Of a stretch of 64,000 bases of DNA, positions 20,501 through 29,368 are shown piece after piece. The notes under the pieces are model-generated. The model worked only from the letters and a program-made list of their open reading frames with translations. It had not been told where the DNA came from and did no database searches. The stretch lies in assembly GCA_964448685.1 (NCBI GenBank), contig CAYUWR010000011.1, positions 87,074 to 151,073 of the forward strand, read 5' to 3'. Numbering within the stretch: the first letter of the stretch is position 1; every line of letters begins with the position of its first letter. Origin of the DNA: an uncultured Nitrososphaeria archaeon (lineage in GTDB: Archaea; Thermoproteota; Nitrososphaeria; JACIWG01). The translations under genes and the position numbers were made by a program.

Positions 20501-21231
20501 AGGACGTATATGTGGCGATAGGGGGAGCCCCGCAGGGGATTTCGGTTTCGTCCGCGATCAAATACCTTCCCGAAATTGGAGCCGGCAGGGATGCGAACCT
20601 AACCTGGCTCGCCTCCGTCAACCCTCAGACGCCATACATGGGATCTCTGCCGATCGTGATCGTAATCAGCTACAGCGACATGCTGGGAAACAGGCGGACA
20701 TTCAACCAGACGGCAATAGTTTACGTTGAAGGAGTCGTCGACCTAAAGCTGATGGACACCGCCATCTCTCCAGAGCAGCCGAGGTCGGGGGAGACGCTTA
20801 CTGTGTCCACAACACTGCTAAATCTCGGAACATACAAGGCAAGAAATGTCGAGGTATCTCTCGGTGGAGCAGCCCTCAAGAACTTGACTGGAAACTACGC
20901 ATACGTCGGAGACGTAGATGTCGGCTCACAGGTGCCAGTGAGCATAACCACGACCTTAAAAGACGTCGTCGGCGAAAAGACCATCTATTTGATCGTACAG
21001 TATCGAAACGTATTCAATGAGCCTGTCACATCAGTCTTTCCAATAAACGTGACAGTTTACACGAAGCCGACGGAGACGAAAACGGAGACAGTACCATGGC
21101 TGCAACTGGGAGACAGCTATAAGCTGGCACTGGTGGCGGTCACCATAGCGTTCCTTGTTGGAAGCGGCATCATAATCTATAGGATGTATCAGAAGACCAA
21201 ACATAAGCCTATGACGTTGACTACACCATGA
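17590..21231 (+). CDS. Large secreted, C-terminally membrane-anchored surface protein with repeated CARDB/COG1361-like beta-sandwich domains
   Basis: It has a signal-like N-terminus MRRRNIEKISFMLIFFLIFQ. The motif hhhxNxGxxxhxxhxhxhxhP recurs about every 130-140 aa (VILQNIGEDSINVVDAELNL, VEVQNLGEFTLSDTLVYVKLP, VTIVNRGEDTFSGLKSSVLAP, VEMTNRGFYSIRGAYLKLD, VELANQAPYTISGVYASLKLP, LSVRNNGTASIKDVYVAIG, TTLLNLGTYKARNVEVSLG). It contains many N-x-S/T sequons, a T/P/E linker, and a TM segment LALVAVTIAFLVGSGIIIY with a basic tail. Its stop overlaps the permease start. Confidence 0.75.
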   Translation: MRRRNIEKISFMLIFFLIFQNYPSNLPHVAEAQGNFLFVSSAWGSQSNPQKAYPGSFNVILSTSIRNDFGHDLTSVSGKIFLPEGIRSLDGKKNVTAAGFTQHNGTTSYLIKAGEIFTLNFPLDIFENVTSGDYSCTTTLKYTYFDGISYVDGEDNVTVSFTVSSFPTFGFRTVSVYWTTAGGYRVNASSGARNLDLNVILQNIGEDSINVVDAELNLGEDFYPSKAASTANNVGRGSTFTLSFNQLSVPVTTEPGVYEKDLHLNCTFIGYGNAANRSSNILSLQLEVSKTSSPHLQIVRIGWNNFERNYPGARAIVLDVEVQNLGEFTLSDTLVYVKLPNGFKDSYGKNLINATSSADIGYGNFATISIGPIYISTNVSPGTYYAEAAFNCIGSRDGSQLLLSQNFTLPIVVSGISFYLDLAAVQWVVNGQPAVAIPGARDVQLSVTIVNRGEDTFSGLKSSVLAPAGFKLIGLNYPVGTIPSGSSFTMTFDFNITHNVNPGDYNIILGLTFNANPTSGNNIVYSTIYVPVRVEDPDRYNSKLTLLTAYWGTEGSLRTAYPGSKYVPLTVEMTNRGFYSIRGAYLKLDTGGAFDRVVDVVELSPNLAGGGFSSATFYLNIDPSTAYGRYNLSIECVYFIEVYSAQLERSQNITFQIEVLKPPVQAPYVKIVSSGWANSYPTYPGTENATFNVELANQAPYTISGVYASLKLPEHFREGNLNGFHCYVSGPINPWQTTTLSFSVNVKSDTAAGNYVGELSIEYTLLSGGESLRMSEDSKVTVRVNRLGGLEPIYSNWMRSSPGPGSTGAMLLILARNSEVPQMRGVYATVALPKGFKSTQTGTNKVNVTPTIYSSTAQIQDIVSLLSGQGLPLGQTTPPTQIQAGKGDVLALNVQADVDADTSIGDYELNIEFNFIDQWGSRQKAQANVTYRLPGSTNTLDIVEGRSRLLIGTRTSTIQLSVRNNGTASIKDVYVAIGGAPQGISVSSAIKYLPEIGAGRDANLTWLASVNPQTPYMGSLPIVIVISYSDMLGNRRTFNQTAIVYVEGVVDLKLMDTAISPEQPRSGETLTVSTTLLNLGTYKARNVEVSLGGAALKNLTGNYAYVGDVDVGSQVPVSITTTLKDVVGEKTIYLIVQYRNVFNEPVTSVFPINVTVYTKPTETKTETVPWLQLGDSYKLALVAVTIAFLVGSGIIIYRMYQKTKHKPMTLTTP

Positions 21232-22445
21232 TCAGACCCTCAGATGTGTTACGTTTCGCCTTCAGAGTGCTATCGGAAAAGAAGCTGAGGGCAGTTCTCA
21301 CGATCATAGGGATCGCCATAGGCCCAGCTTCAATGGTTACAATCATCGGCACAACACAGGGGTATTCTCAGACGATCCTTGACCAGTTGACATCTTTAGG
21401 GGGAAACACGATAGTCATCTTCCCACAAAAAGGGTATACGATAAGTGACACGATGGTACAGAATATAAAGGATATGAAGAACGTAGACGAGGTAACACCC
21501 TTCTATTCTACAGAAGCCTCCTTCAAGAGAAGTGATGGAGAGCAGCTGAAGGTCGCCGTATACGCAACAGACCTAGATATCATGTTCAAGTCTCTTTCAA
21601 GCCTAAAATTCGAGAATGGAACCATGCCACAGAAGACCATGACCACGTCAGCCGCAGTAGGCTACGAGGTCATACACACCAAGGATGGCAAGAGAATCTA
21701 CGATGTCGGAAACGCGATAACCCTAAAGGTGCCGATCTTCAAGGAAGACAAACTGGAGTTTAAGTCGGTCTCCCTGAGGATATCTGGGTCTCTGGCGAAG
21801 TATGGCAGCTCGATAATCGTAAACCCAGATATGACCATCTTCCTTCCACTGAGCTCAGGCAAGGCCATCCTGGGAATGACACAGTACACGGGCCTCTTCA
21901 TTATCGCAAAGGAAAGCAGCCAAGTCGACGCGATAACAAAGCAGGTGAAAGACAAGTACAGAGACCTAGTTCAGGTCATCGCCTTCCAGCAGATCGCGGA
22001 GACGATAAACTCCATCGTCGACACACTAGACTTCTTGCTCTTCTCACTTTCGTCGTCAGCCTTCGCGGTCGCGATAACCGGGACGATGGCGACCATGTTC
22101 ACTTCAATAATAGAGAGGACAAAGGAGATCGGGGTGTTGAAGGCGTTCGGATTCTCGAGCAAGAACATTCTCGTTCTCATCCTTACCGAGGGAGTAATAA
22201 TGAGCGTCATAGGCGGCGTCATAGGACTAGCCCTTGGGACAACAGGAGCCTATCTTCTTTCAAACATAGGCTCGTTTTCAGTCAGCGGCGCAGCCGGCTT
22301 CACAATCAACGCGCAGCCAGCGATCACCATCGACCTTCTCCTAAGATCACTTGGCATGGCGATCTTTGTTGGAACCGTCGGTGGGCTGATTCCAGCATAC
22401 AGGGCTTCAAAGGTTCCACCCATAGTTGCTCTAAGATACGAGTAG
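21228..22445 (+). CDS. ABC transporter permease, MacB/FtsX family
   Basis: It has an N-terminal TM segment, a large extracytoplasmic domain, and a C-terminal FtsX-type 3-TM bundle (GVLKAFGFSS). Its ATG overlaps the upstream stop (ATGA). Confidence 0.85.
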   Translation: MIRPSDVLRFAFRVLSEKKLRAVLTIIGIAIGPASMVTIIGTTQGYSQTILDQLTSLGGNTIVIFPQKGYTISDTMVQNIKDMKNVDEVTPFYSTEASFKRSDGEQLKVAVYATDLDIMFKSLSSLKFENGTMPQKTMTTSAAVGYEVIHTKDGKRIYDVGNAITLKVPIFKEDKLEFKSVSLRISGSLAKYGSSIIVNPDMTIFLPLSSGKAILGMTQYTGLFIIAKESSQVDAITKQVKDKYRDLVQVIAFQQIAETINSIVDTLDFLLFSLSSSAFAVAITGTMATMFTSIIERTKEIGVLKAFGFSSKNILVLILTEGVIMSVIGGVIGLALGTTGAYLLSNIGSFSVSGAAGFTINAQPAITIDLLLRSLGMAIFVGTVGGLIPAYRASKVPPIVALRYE

Positions 22446-22479
22446 GCTAAGATCTAGATCGAGTCTGCGCTACAGCCAG

Positions 22480-23067
22480 CTAGACCACCTTCGGCCTATC
22501 AAAGTAGATATTCTTGCCGGTCGCCGAAAGAGGCAAACCCATTACGACATCTGCGTCAATCAAACCAAGCTTCTTAGCCGCAAGACCAACAGTGTACATG
22601 ATCCTATTATCAACGCCAAGCTCACATGCCAACTTTACCGCAGAACCCAATGCTATTCCAAGGTCGATCAGGGGAAATATGCAGTTCGGACCTGAGAAGT
22701 CGGCTTTAGCAATCTTCTCGACCGACTCGAATTCGGCGCAGTCTTTGTAGCCGCAACCGCTGCAGTTCAGCTCCCTTGCCTTAGAGCCCTTCACCCCGAA
22801 AAGGATTACAGCCTGGCTCCTTCTAACGCTGTCGGCATCACGCTTGAACCATCCTATGCCACGTTGCGACGACAAAGATTCAAGCTCTTCAGCAAGCCGC
22901 ACCATTTCCTCATCCGTCAGAATCGAGATCAAGAGGTCATCTCGACCCCTACTTTTCGGCGCGGTGCGAGCGGCAACCGAAACCCGTGCTGCTGCATCAA
23001 GTAAAGCCCTCTTCTTGACTTCGATGTCGAAATCAACAGGCATACACATCACCTTGGCTCCAACCAT
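22480..23067 (-). CDS. DUF2148 ferredoxin-domain-containing protein
   Basis: The 195-aa ORF has the Cys cluster CSGCGYKDC and a PNCIF motif, as in the DUF2148 family. Confidence 0.55.
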   Translation of the reverse strand: MVGAKVMCMPVDFDIEVKKRALLDAAARVSVAARTAPKSRGRDDLLISILTDEEMVRLAEELESLSSQRGIGWFKRDADSVRRSQAVILFGVKGSKARELNCSGCGYKDCAEFESVEKIAKADFSGPNCIFPLIDLGIALGSAVKLACELGVDNRIMYTVGLAAKKLGLIDADVVMGLPLSATGKNIYFDRPKVV

Positions 23068-23185
23068 ATTTAGATTTTGTCGCCTACATCGATTTACATA
23101 ATGTTTGCAGTAATAGAGCAGAGAGCAAAATTGGACCAGCTACAGTTGTCCTTCAGCAGACAGCCTCCTGCACAAAGCGCAGTGA

Positions 23186-24745
23186 TCACTGGGGCTCAAT
23201 GGTGGCGGGAGGCTTGCTTGAGATATTATAGTTCACCGACGACACATTTCTGACTTCATTTGTTATCCTAACACTTATCCGCTCCAGTATCCTCGACGGC
23301 AGCTTCACCCAGTCAGCGGTCATGCCATCTTCAGATGAGACAACCTTGACTGTGACGATGTAGCCGTATTTTCTCACATCACCTAGGACGGCGACTGCTT
23401 TATCGTCGCCGACGTAGGCGAATGCCTGCCAGACTCTATCGTAGTATCGTGATCGACTCAATTCTTCTTCCACAATCGCACTAGCTTCTCTACATATCTT
23501 CAGTTTTTCTTCAGTCACCTCCCCAACTATCCGCGCTGAAAGACCTGGGCCTGGAAAAGGGTGCCTCTTAACGATCGAATCAGGCAACTTTAGAGCAGAC
23601 GCGATCTCCCTGACTTCATCCTTATAGAAGTACTTTAGTGGCTCGATCAGCTCATAGGGCAGCTTGTCTGGCAGACCGCCAACGTTGTGATGGGTCTTTA
23701 TCGTCGATGCAGGACCACCTGCCTTAGCACTTTCTATAACGTCAGGGTATAGGGTGCCCTGCGCCAAGTATCGGAAAGGCCCCCACTCACCCGCGACATC
23801 ATTGAAGGCCTCTATGAAAGTTTCACCGATGACCTTCCTTTTGGCTTCCGGGTCCACAACACCCCTCAGACGGTTGAGGAACACATGTGATGCGTCAACA
23901 TAAAGTGGGTTGACGCCCGAAGATTTCAGAGAATCCATGACGGATTCCGCCTCACCCTTTCTGAGGAGACCGTTGTCAACAAAGACGCATACAAGATTAT
24001 CTCCTACTATCTTCTTGACCAATATGGCTGTGACAGTGGAATCGAGTCCTCCGCTGACTGCACAGATCACCTTACCCCCCCTGTAGACGCCTCTGACATG
24101 CTCCAGGGCCTGAGATAGAAAGGATGAAGCCTTCCATTCCACTCTACAGCCGCAGATTCTGAATAGGAAGTTCTTCAAGATCTTCTTCCCCTCTTCTGTG
24201 TGAGCTACTTCAGGGTGAAACTGCACACCATATATTTTCCGTCTGCTGTCCGAGAAAGCCGCATATCTGGAGCTCTTGGTCTTCGCTAATGCGACGAAGC
24301 CTTCTGGCAGACTTATCACCTGGTCCCCGTGACTCATCCAAACCACAGTTCGCCGCCTAACACCCTTCAATAGGTCACCAGATTCCACCACCTCCAATGT
24401 TGTCCTGCCATATTCTCTGAAGTCGCCTCTTTCGACGACACCTCCCAGCTGGGAGGCGATCAGCTGATGCCCATAGCAGATGCCCAAGATTGGCAGTCCA
24501 AGAGAGTAGACGTTCTTGTCGACTTGAGGGGAATCTGGCTCAAATGTGCTCGAAGGACCGCCGGAGAACACGATCCCTTTGACACATAAAGTACTTTTTA
24601 TGGCATCTAGCAAGCTGTCAGATGCTACAATCTCACTGTACACCCCTAATTCCCTGATCCTTCTACCTATCAGATGAGTGTATTGGCCTCCGAAGTCAAC
24701 GACCATGACAGTATCATGAACAGCACACATTCCAGCCACATACAA
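23186..24745 (-). CDS. guaA: GMP synthase (glutamine-hydrolysing), fused GATase and ATP-PPase
   Basis: It has the GATase motifs ILGICYGHQL and QFHPEV, the PP-loop AVSGGLDSTV, and the C-terminal dimerisation domain. The true start may be an internal Met close to VVDFGGQY. Confidence 0.9.
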   Translation of the reverse strand: MYVAGMCAVHDTVMVVDFGGQYTHLIGRRIRELGVYSEIVASDSLLDAIKSTLCVKGIVFSGGPSSTFEPDSPQVDKNVYSLGLPILGICYGHQLIASQLGGVVERGDFREYGRTTLEVVESGDLLKGVRRRTVVWMSHGDQVISLPEGFVALAKTKSSRYAAFSDSRRKIYGVQFHPEVAHTEEGKKILKNFLFRICGCRVEWKASSFLSQALEHVRGVYRGGKVICAVSGGLDSTVTAILVKKIVGDNLVCVFVDNGLLRKGEAESVMDSLKSSGVNPLYVDASHVFLNRLRGVVDPEAKRKVIGETFIEAFNDVAGEWGPFRYLAQGTLYPDVIESAKAGGPASTIKTHHNVGGLPDKLPYELIEPLKYFYKDEVREIASALKLPDSIVKRHPFPGPGLSARIVGEVTEEKLKICREASAIVEEELSRSRYYDRVWQAFAYVGDDKAVAVLGDVRKYGYIVTVKVVSSEDGMTADWVKLPSRILERISVRITNEVRNVSSVNYNISSKPPATIEPQ

Positions 24746-24880
24746 TCGTCAAAAGATCAAATAATAAGAGTTGCTATCTAGGCCACACATGATATTAGAC
24801 CACATATTTCACAGCATGATGACCACTCCCCACTGCAATAGATATAAGTAGGGATATCTGTTGGAAGACCTGATGAGTTC

Positions 24881-25912
24881 ATGAAGGCAGCAGTATTTTA
24901 TGGCCCCTCTGACATAAGAGTGGAAGAGCGCCCTATTCCAAAGATAGAAGAGGGAGAAGTCTTAGTGAAGGTCAAGGCAGCCGCAATCTGTGGCACAGAC
25001 CTAAGAATATACATGGGAACAAAGAAGATCGAGACACCGAAGATAATAGGCCACGAGTTTGCAGGAGAAGTCGAAGAAGTCAAAGGAGATGTTAATGGAA
25101 TATGTACAGGAGAGCGGGTGACAGTCTACCCTGTGATATCATGTGGAAAATGTTACGCGTGCATGATGGGCAGAAGAAACATATGCGTACAAAGACCGAC
25201 AATAGGATACGAGTACGACGGCGGGTTCGCCGAATACGTCAAGATACCGTCCAACGCCATCATCGCCGGCTCGGTGATCAAGCTGCCCGACAGAATATCC
25301 TATGAAGAGGCCGCTATAACAGAGCCCCTGGCAGCCTGCCTCAACGGCATACTAAGACTACAAGTCGAACATGGTGAACATGTGTGGATAGCAGGAGCAG
25401 GCCCAATCGGCCTCATGCACCTGCAGCTTGCAAGATTAGCTGGGGCAGCTCTAGTAGTAGTCAGCGAAGTCAACGAGTTCAGAGCCAAAAAAGCTCGAGA
25501 ACTCGGCGCAGACATCGTAGTCAATCCAGTCAAGGAGGAGGTCTCCAAGACAATCATGCAGGCGACCGATGGCAAGGGGGCGGACAAGATCATGATAGCA
25601 GCAGGCGTACCGAGGCTAATCGAAGAATCGCTGAAGGCTGCGAGAAAAGGAGCCAGAATCGTAATATTCGCCGGGTCACCGGAGGGTTCAAGCATAACCA
25701 TCGACCCAAACATAATACACTACAAAGAGATCGAGTTGACGGGAGCCTCCGCTGCCACACCCTTTCTACACAGAAAAGCCGTCGAACTCGTGAACAACAG
25801 ATGTATTGACCTACGTTCTCTGATAACCCATAAGCTCGCACTGGATGAGATCGCCAAAGGCCTCACGATGAAGCAGATGGGTGAAGGGTTGAAGACGCTT
25901 GTCATCCCATGA
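24881..25912 (+). CDS. Zn-dependent medium-chain dehydrogenase (sorbitol/threonine dehydrogenase-like)
   Basis: It has the catalytic-zinc motifs ICGTDL and GHEFAGEV, the structural-zinc motif CGKCYACMMGRRNIC, and the Rossmann motif GAGPIGL. Confidence 0.85.
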   Translation: MKAAVFYGPSDIRVEERPIPKIEEGEVLVKVKAAAICGTDLRIYMGTKKIETPKIIGHEFAGEVEEVKGDVNGICTGERVTVYPVISCGKCYACMMGRRNICVQRPTIGYEYDGGFAEYVKIPSNAIIAGSVIKLPDRISYEEAAITEPLAACLNGILRLQVEHGEHVWIAGAGPIGLMHLQLARLAGAALVVVSEVNEFRAKKARELGADIVVNPVKEEVSKTIMQATDGKGADKIMIAAGVPRLIEESLKAARKGARIVIFAGSPEGSSITIDPNIIHYKEIELTGASAATPFLHRKAVELVNNRCIDLRSLITHKLALDEIAKGLTMKQMGEGLKTLVIP

Positions 25913-25951
25913 CAAAAATACTTATCTACTAATGTCTCTTGCTATAGGAAC

Positions 25952-26557
25952 ATGAGTACGGACTTCGATAGACTCAAAGAGGAATGTGTGGAGATATCAC
26001 AGGAGGCGTATAGAAGGGGGCTGATTTCAGCTTCAGGAGGCAACATAAGCGCCAGATTACAGAACGGAGACAAGGTGATCATAAAGAGGACCGGAGCCTC
26101 CTTCAGAAACATGAAATCAAGCGACCTGATCACAATCGACCTAGACGGCAACATTCTAGAGGGAGAAGGCAAACCATCAAAGGAGATAAACCTACACCTA
26201 GGCATCTATAAAGTGAGACCTGACGTCAACGCAGTCTTCCATTCACATTCTATAGCAGCGACAGCATTCGCTACATCGGGAAAGGAGGTCCCCCTTATAA
26301 CCGTTCAGGGACTCAAGATACTCGGCAAATGCCCACTAGTAGGCTATGGGCCGCCTGGATCAATAGAGCTCGCAGAAAAGACCAAGGAAGCCTTCAAGGA
26401 CAAGACTGTGAAGGTGGCCGTGTTGCAAAGCCACGGAGCCACAGCAGTCGGGCGAAACCTAGAAGAAGCATACAACTACGCCGACCTACTTGAAGCAACA
26501 GCCCAGATAGCTCTAGCATGCCTCCAAATAGGCAAGCCTCTGCCAATTCCATACTGA
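25952..26557 (+). CDS. Class II aldolase/adducin family protein (fuculose-1-P aldolase / ribulose-5-P 4-epimerase type)
   Basis: It has the motif SGGNISARL and the metal-binding histidines in VFHSHS. The ORF is 201 aa. Confidence 0.8.
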   Translation: MSTDFDRLKEECVEISQEAYRRGLISASGGNISARLQNGDKVIIKRTGASFRNMKSSDLITIDLDGNILEGEGKPSKEINLHLGIYKVRPDVNAVFHSHSIAATAFATSGKEVPLITVQGLKILGKCPLVGYGPPGSIELAEKTKEAFKDKTVKVAVLQSHGATAVGRNLEEAYNYADLLEATAQIALACLQIGKPLPIPY

Positions 26558-26564
26558 TGACCAG

Positions 26565-28088
26565 ATGACCTACCTACTAGGCATCGATGTCGGCACAAGC
26601 AGCACCAAAAGCGAAATCTTCACAGAAGACTGCAAGCCGATCGCTGCAAGCCAGCAAGAGTATCCAATAATCAGCCCAGCCATCGGAATGGTTGAAGAAG
26701 ACGCTGAAGCCTGGTGGAATGCCATAAAGGCTACGATAAAGGAGTCCATTAAAGCCTCTCGAATCAACCCAAAGGACATAGCAGGCGTATGCGTAAGCGG
26801 CACCAACGCATGTGTGCCAGTCGGCAAAGACAGCAGGCCAGTGACAAATGCGATAATGCAACTCGACAATAGAAGCACAGAGTTCGCTGAAAAAATTAGA
26901 AAGATCGCGGGAGAAGAAGCCGTCTTCAGGATAACAGGTAACAGGATAGCGCCAGGCACCTTCATGGCGCCAACGATACTTTGGATCAAAGAGAATAGGC
27001 CAGAAGTCTTCGAGCAAGTGTACAAGTTCATGGTCCCCACAGGATATGCTACAATGAAGCTCACAGGCAACTATACAATAGACTGGTCAAGATGTTCGAC
27101 AACCCTCCTATACGATATCACAAGGAGAAAGAGTTGGTCAAGTGAGCTCTGCAACCTCTTAAATATTCCAGTTGACAAACTTCCTGAACCTCACATTTCA
27201 ACCGATGTCGTAGGCGAGGTCACAGCAGAAGCTGCTGAGATGACAGGGCTCCAGAAAGGCACCCCTGTCGTCGCAGGCTGCATGGATACTGTTGGAGCAG
27301 CCGTTGGATCAGCCATATTAGAGGCAGGAGACACATTTTACACGCTTGGAACCCTGGGCAGACTATGCTATTGCCTCAGCGAACCAAGATTTGACGCGAG
27401 GTTCATCAACATCTGCCACGCTATAAGAGACAGATGGCTCGCGATGGGGCTGATGCATGGAGGAGGACTAACTCTGAGATGGTTCAGAGATCAACTCGGC
27501 GCATTCGAAGAAGCGGAAGCCACCAAACTGGGAACGTCACCCTACCAGATATTCGACGCCGAAGCCCACGAATCACCTCCGGGTTCAAGGGGCATAATAT
27601 TCTTACCCTACCTTTCAGGCGAGAGAAGCCCAATCTGGGACCCGAATGCAAGGGGAGTCCTCTTCGGCTTCACAGCACAGCACAAGAGAGGGGACATCGT
27701 AAGAGCGATTGAGGAGGGTGTCGCCTACAGCCTCCGCCATAACCTGGAAGCCTTCGAAGAAATGGGATTCCAAATAGGCAAGATAAGGATGGGTGGAGGA
27801 GGAGCAAAAAGCACACTCTGGAGGCAGATAGTGGCAGATGTCATAGGAAAAGAGCTAGAAGTAACAGAAAACCTGGTTACTGAAACCATCGGCGATGCCC
27901 TGATAGCGGGCCTAGGTGTAAAGGTCTACAGCAGCCTCGACGAGGTCAAGAAGCTGGTCAAGGTAGAGCAGGTTGTGAGACCGAACCCCTCGAACTATCC
28001 AGTCTACTCCAGAATGTTCAAACTCTACAAGACCCTATATCTCCATCTGAGAGGAGATTTCCTAGAGTTGAGCCAAGCCACAACCTGA
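26565..28088 (+). CDS. FGGY-family carbohydrate kinase (xylulokinase-like)
   Basis: It has the N-terminus LLGIDVGTSSTKSEIF and a C-terminal GGGAKS motif. It starts 8 nt after the aldolase stop. Confidence 0.85.
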   Translation: MTYLLGIDVGTSSTKSEIFTEDCKPIAASQQEYPIISPAIGMVEEDAEAWWNAIKATIKESIKASRINPKDIAGVCVSGTNACVPVGKDSRPVTNAIMQLDNRSTEFAEKIRKIAGEEAVFRITGNRIAPGTFMAPTILWIKENRPEVFEQVYKFMVPTGYATMKLTGNYTIDWSRCSTTLLYDITRRKSWSSELCNLLNIPVDKLPEPHISTDVVGEVTAEAAEMTGLQKGTPVVAGCMDTVGAAVGSAILEAGDTFYTLGTLGRLCYCLSEPRFDARFINICHAIRDRWLAMGLMHGGGLTLRWFRDQLGAFEEAEATKLGTSPYQIFDAEAHESPPGSRGIIFLPYLSGERSPIWDPNARGVLFGFTAQHKRGDIVRAIEEGVAYSLRHNLEAFEEMGFQIGKIRMGGGGAKSTLWRQIVADVIGKELEVTENLVTETIGDALIAGLGVKVYSSLDEVKKLVKVEQVVRPNPSNYPVYSRMFKLYKTLYLHLRGDFLELSQATT

Positions 28089-28142
28089 CCGTGGCCGCAA
28101 CCTGCCCAACCTGTGCTTCATCTAGGAAGCCCATCGTACATG

Positions 28143-29294
28143 CTATGGTTTAAGCTGCTCCAGACACCTTAAAGCTTCCTCGACCGCACCTCTCTTGCTT
28201 GCCAGACCGAGGTCGTTGCTGGCAACCTCTAGGGCGGCCACGAAGCTGACCGCATCATTTGCCGAAATGGTGCCAAAATGTCCCACCCTCAACATGAGAT
28301 CTCTATATTCGTAGAGCCCCTTCGCCAACTGGATGTTAAATTGGCTCTTCAGTCGAGCATGGAGCTCACCCGCCTTCTTGTCAGGCACATAGAATGCTGT
28401 CACAGTGTTAGCCCTGCAGCCCTGTTCAGCTACAATCTTGAACCCCAAGGCCTCGATGCCTGCCCGTATTCCGTCAGCGATGATCCTGTGCCTAAGCAGC
28501 CTCCTCTCAAGCCCCTCCTCTCTAAGCTCCGAAAGCGCCTCCTTCAACGCAACAATAAGGTTGACCGCGGGTGTGGCGACATAGACGCTAGGATTCTCCA
28601 TCACCTTCCTCCACCTAAGCAGGTCCATATAGTAGGAACGTATCGGCGTCTTCCTATTACTCATCACATCAAGAGCCTTCTTTGACACAACAGCCAGAGA
28701 CAGCCCAGGTGGAGCCGCTATCGCCTTCTGAGAGCCAGTCAAGGCAACATCTATCCCCCATTGATCGAAGAGCAATTCGATTGCACCGACACCGCAGACA
28801 GAGTCTACAATCGTCAAGACACCATGTCTTCTAGCAGCAGACGCCATATCAGCTACAGAGTTCACAACACCTGTGGCAGTGTCAACATGTGTGACAAAGA
28901 GCGCTTTATAGTCGGCACATGACAGCTTCGCGTCAATCTCTTGAAAAGAAGGCGACCTACCGAGCTCGGGCTTAACAAAATCAACTCTTGCACCGTGGAT
29001 GCCAGCGATCGTGCCAAAACGTTCTCCGAAATGACCAGTGTCTACGACCAGAACCCTGTCGTCGGGCTCGATGAGGCTGACGACAACAGCCTCCATCATC
29101 AAGGTTCCAGACCCGGTGAGAATATAGGGCAGCCCTTCCCTCGACTGGAAAAGGTACTTCGTGAGCTCAAGAGCCTCCGAATACGTCTTCACGAATCCTG
29201 GGTCAAGATGTCCAAGCTGAGGAAGACCCATCACATTCAAGACCCTAGAAGAGAGCATAGTTGGACCGGGGATAAGCAATAATTCTTCCTTCAT
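28143..29294 (-). CDS. Class V aminotransferase (alanine-glyoxylate / serine-pyruvate aminotransferase type)
   Basis: It has the N-terminus LLIPGPT and the PLP-lysine motif TGSQKAIAAPPGLS. The ORF is 383 aa. Confidence 0.85.
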   Translation of the reverse strand: MKEELLLIPGPTMLSSRVLNVMGLPQLGHLDPGFVKTYSEALELTKYLFQSREGLPYILTGSGTLMMEAVVVSLIEPDDRVLVVDTGHFGERFGTIAGIHGARVDFVKPELGRSPSFQEIDAKLSCADYKALFVTHVDTATGVVNSVADMASAARRHGVLTIVDSVCGVGAIELLFDQWGIDVALTGSQKAIAAPPGLSLAVVSKKALDVMSNRKTPIRSYYMDLLRWRKVMENPSVYVATPAVNLIVALKEALSELREEGLERRLLRHRIIADGIRAGIEALGFKIVAEQGCRANTVTAFYVPDKKAGELHARLKSQFNIQLAKGLYEYRDLMLRVGHFGTISANDAVSFVAALEVASNDLGLASKRGAVEEALRCLEQLKP

Positions 29295-29368
29295 ATCGTT
29301 GATTGGCTGCAGTTTGATATATAAGCATTTGGCAGCAATGGGAAAACCTGAGACTTGAGCTAAGTCGA

